From the human T2T-CHM13v2.0 reference genome, Homo sapiens, in assembly GCF_009914755.1 (NCBI RefSeq), contig NC_060935.1: DNA of 64,000 nucleotides. The stretch is one strand, 5' to 3'. Positions 61,790 to 64,000 of the stretch are shown piece after piece. Numbering within the stretch: the first letter of the stretch is position 1; every line of letters begins with the position of its first letter. Under the pieces are notes generated by a model, which ran no database searches, was not told where the DNA came from, and saw nothing but the letters and a program-made list of their open reading frames with translations. The position numbers and the translations under genes were made by a program.

Positions 61790-62740
61790 CACGTGGGCAC
61801 ACAATGGGCGGCCGGCAGAGGTGGGGGAGTGAGGAGCACAGGCTCCGTGTGTCCAAAGTCCCGGGTCACCTCGGCCTGGAATCCATCTAACTCAGCTGCA
61901 AACCAGAAGACGCGGCCTGGGAGGGGCGTAGAGCCCTCCCCCACCTCCCCGGGCTGGGTGACTGTCAGGCCGCATCTGCTCCAAATTTATGGCTCCTCCT
62001 CGGGCCGCCGCCGGCCTCTCCACGGCCTCTTTACCAACTGCAGCCCCAGCTGAGACCCCTCCCGCGGGGAGGGAGGGAACACGAAGCGCGGCCGGGGCTG
62101 GGGGCGGGGAGCAGGTGTGAAGCGGGGTGGCAGCGGCGCGCGGTCACCCTCCACCGCGCCGCGGAGACCCGGCGTCACCCCCACGCGCACACAATGGCGC
62201 GGGGGCCAGGCCGAGGACGGCCCATTAGCGGCTGATGGAGGAGGCGGGAGCCCGGCGGGCCGCCTAATCCCCGCACGCGGACACCTGGGTGGGAGCGCGG
62301 GCGAGTGGAGGGCGCGCCTGCACGCAGGATCCCGGGCTGGGCAACGGCCTAGACCGCCTCTCGCCAAACCTCCCACGCCAGCGCCAGTCCGACGAACAGG
62401 AGCTGGTCCAGCGAACAATAAAAGGCCCCGGGGCTGGGGAGGGATGGAAGCGCCCTTGGAGCGCGCAGGCTACGGGCGCCCCCGGCAGCGCCCCCGCGCC
62501 TTCCCCTCCCGCCCCGCGGCCGCTGATTGCCTATTGTGCGTCCCCTCTGCGGCCGCCCGCGCGATGCACTCTGCGAGCTGGCCCCTTCGTTTCTAAATGA
62601 GCAGCCAGCGCCGCAGACACGTGCCAAGGGAAGGGTAGTTCACTGCGTGGGGCGGGGGGACATGCAATAAGACAAGAGACCGCACGGAAATAGCTCCGTG
62701 CCCGTCTGCTGCACTGTCCTTCTCACGTGCCTTCGGACAA
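61790..62740. promoter_or_regulatory. Orphan CpG island / candidate developmental enhancer
   Basis: Abrupt GC- and CpG-rich, repeat-free stretch with no recognisable coding exon. Clustered SOX, homeobox and E-box motifs. Confidence 0.8.
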
Positions 62741-63369
62741 GGGGACTTTCACTCTCTCCCCTCCTCTGCCCCAATCGCTCTGTCTCCCTGAGATTGACCA
62801 CCCTCTTCTCTAACCCGAACTCCGCAGGGGAGCCTTCAGCCTTTTATTATTATTTTTTTCCTGGGTAGTAGATGTCTTTGCCTTGGCTGGGCTCTGGAAT
62901 GCTCAGGTAAAAAGTGGGTCTGGCCGGATGCAGTGTGTATCTTCAACACGGAGGCTAGAGAATTGGATAGAGGAGCAGCGCTAGTCTGTGACAGCTCCAG
63001 ACGCCCTGCTCCAAGCACCCCAATCCTAAGCACCCCAATCCTCTGGTATCTTCCGTCCCAGGGAACTCTGGCTGGTCGTCATGGCTTTGTTTAATGCTCC
63101 TCTCTGCCACACTACCGCGTTCCCTGTGGGATGGGAACCTCTGGGAAAGGACCTGACAAGGGACCAGAAAAAGGTTTGGGGAATCAAAGTCTAGTAGTAA
63201 GGGGTCCTACCACTGATGGTTTGGACTCACGGGCAATTTACAGTTGGATGGAAGCTGAAGTGTCATCAGATTTAGAGGCCACAGTCTGGCAGCCTGTGGA
63301 CCAAATCCAGGCCACCAACACATTTTGGTCCATAAAGTGTTTTTTAAACTTTCCATCATGAATAATAGC

Positions 63370-64000
63370 ATATTGTGGATCATAAATATATATAAATTAG
63401 TGAGAATGCTATAATAAACCCCCATAGTCCCACCACCCAGTTTCAGCACTGAATCTATTCAAAGGCAATCTTCCTTCATCTATTCTCCCACTCTCCTCCA
63501 GAATTTGAAGCAAATCTCAGAAATCCTATCATTTCTTCTTTAAGTACTAAAAAGTAGTCCCAGCATAATAATATCAATATCACATCTAAAACAATAATTC
63601 CTTGTCCTCAAATATATAGTCAATGTTCAAACTTCCCCAATTGTCTTATTTTTCTTTATTGTTCAAATTGGGATCCAAATGAATCTCCACAGTGCATTCT
63701 CTCCTTTAATCGGATAATCCCCCAGTTAATCTCTTTTTTTCCTGGAAATTTATTTGTTAAATAAACCAGATCATTTGTTCTGTAGAATTTTCCACAGTCT
63801 GGATTTTGTTAAATGTATCCCCATGGTGCCATTTAACATGTTCTTCTACCTCTACATTTCCTGTAAATTGGTTGTTAGATATAGAGGCTTGATCAATTAA
63901 TGCTGGATTTTTTAAAGAATAATTCATAGACCATAGTTTAATTCGATCCAAAGTAATGTCTGCTTGTCAGTGATGACCATTGTCTAGACCCATTATTTCA
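63370..64000 (-). mobile_element. Old L1MC-type 3' end fragment
   Basis: Antisense motifs TTTGAAGCAAATC.CAGA and TGTAGAAT.TCCCACA.TCTGGATTT. Confidence 0.65.

Noticed and set aside
61987-62627. ORFs of 92-159 aa in the second CpG island
   Set aside because: GC-driven open frames with no recognisable protein, mostly non-ATG starts.
63013-63042. 15-bp tandem repeat AAGCACCCCAATCCT x2 (similar small duplications at about 8405-8470, 28676-28722 and 55249-55322)
   Set aside because: Ordinary slippage duplications with no further structure.

Overview
Primate (almost certainly human) genomic DNA, not prokaryotic. It is dense in Alu, L1 and LTR repeats and has two CpG islands. The only intact protein-coding segment I can support is coding exon 1 of MSANTD2 (minus strand, 22542-23051, ending in a Myb/SANT-like motif and a phase-0 GT donor). 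Bases 1-22541 are its first intron, which places the window at 11q24.2 between ESAM and ROBO3 (from my recognition, not a search). Non-repeat relics are an inverted, intron-containing, disabled copy of two consecutive ESAM exons (13890-14320) and a full-length RNF181 processed pseudogene (30383-30966) inserted into an old L1. Bases 25-56 kb are a nested transposon graveyard: MER52, Charlie3, MST, a deleted Ile-primed ERV1 provirus, LTR8-like, MER61, MER4, MER50 and MLT2/HERVL. Most interesting: the ESAM copy lying antisense within the MSANTD2 pre-mRNA, a candidate recursive splice site and in-frame cassette exon in intron 1, an in-frame upstream ATG, template-switch scars, a double hairpin near 60.0-60.1 kb, and an orphan CpG island rich in SOX/homeobox motifs. 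I found no convincing novel multi-gene system; most listed ORFs are repeat or GC-shadow artefacts. Repeat subfamily names are from memory and repeat boundaries are approximate.
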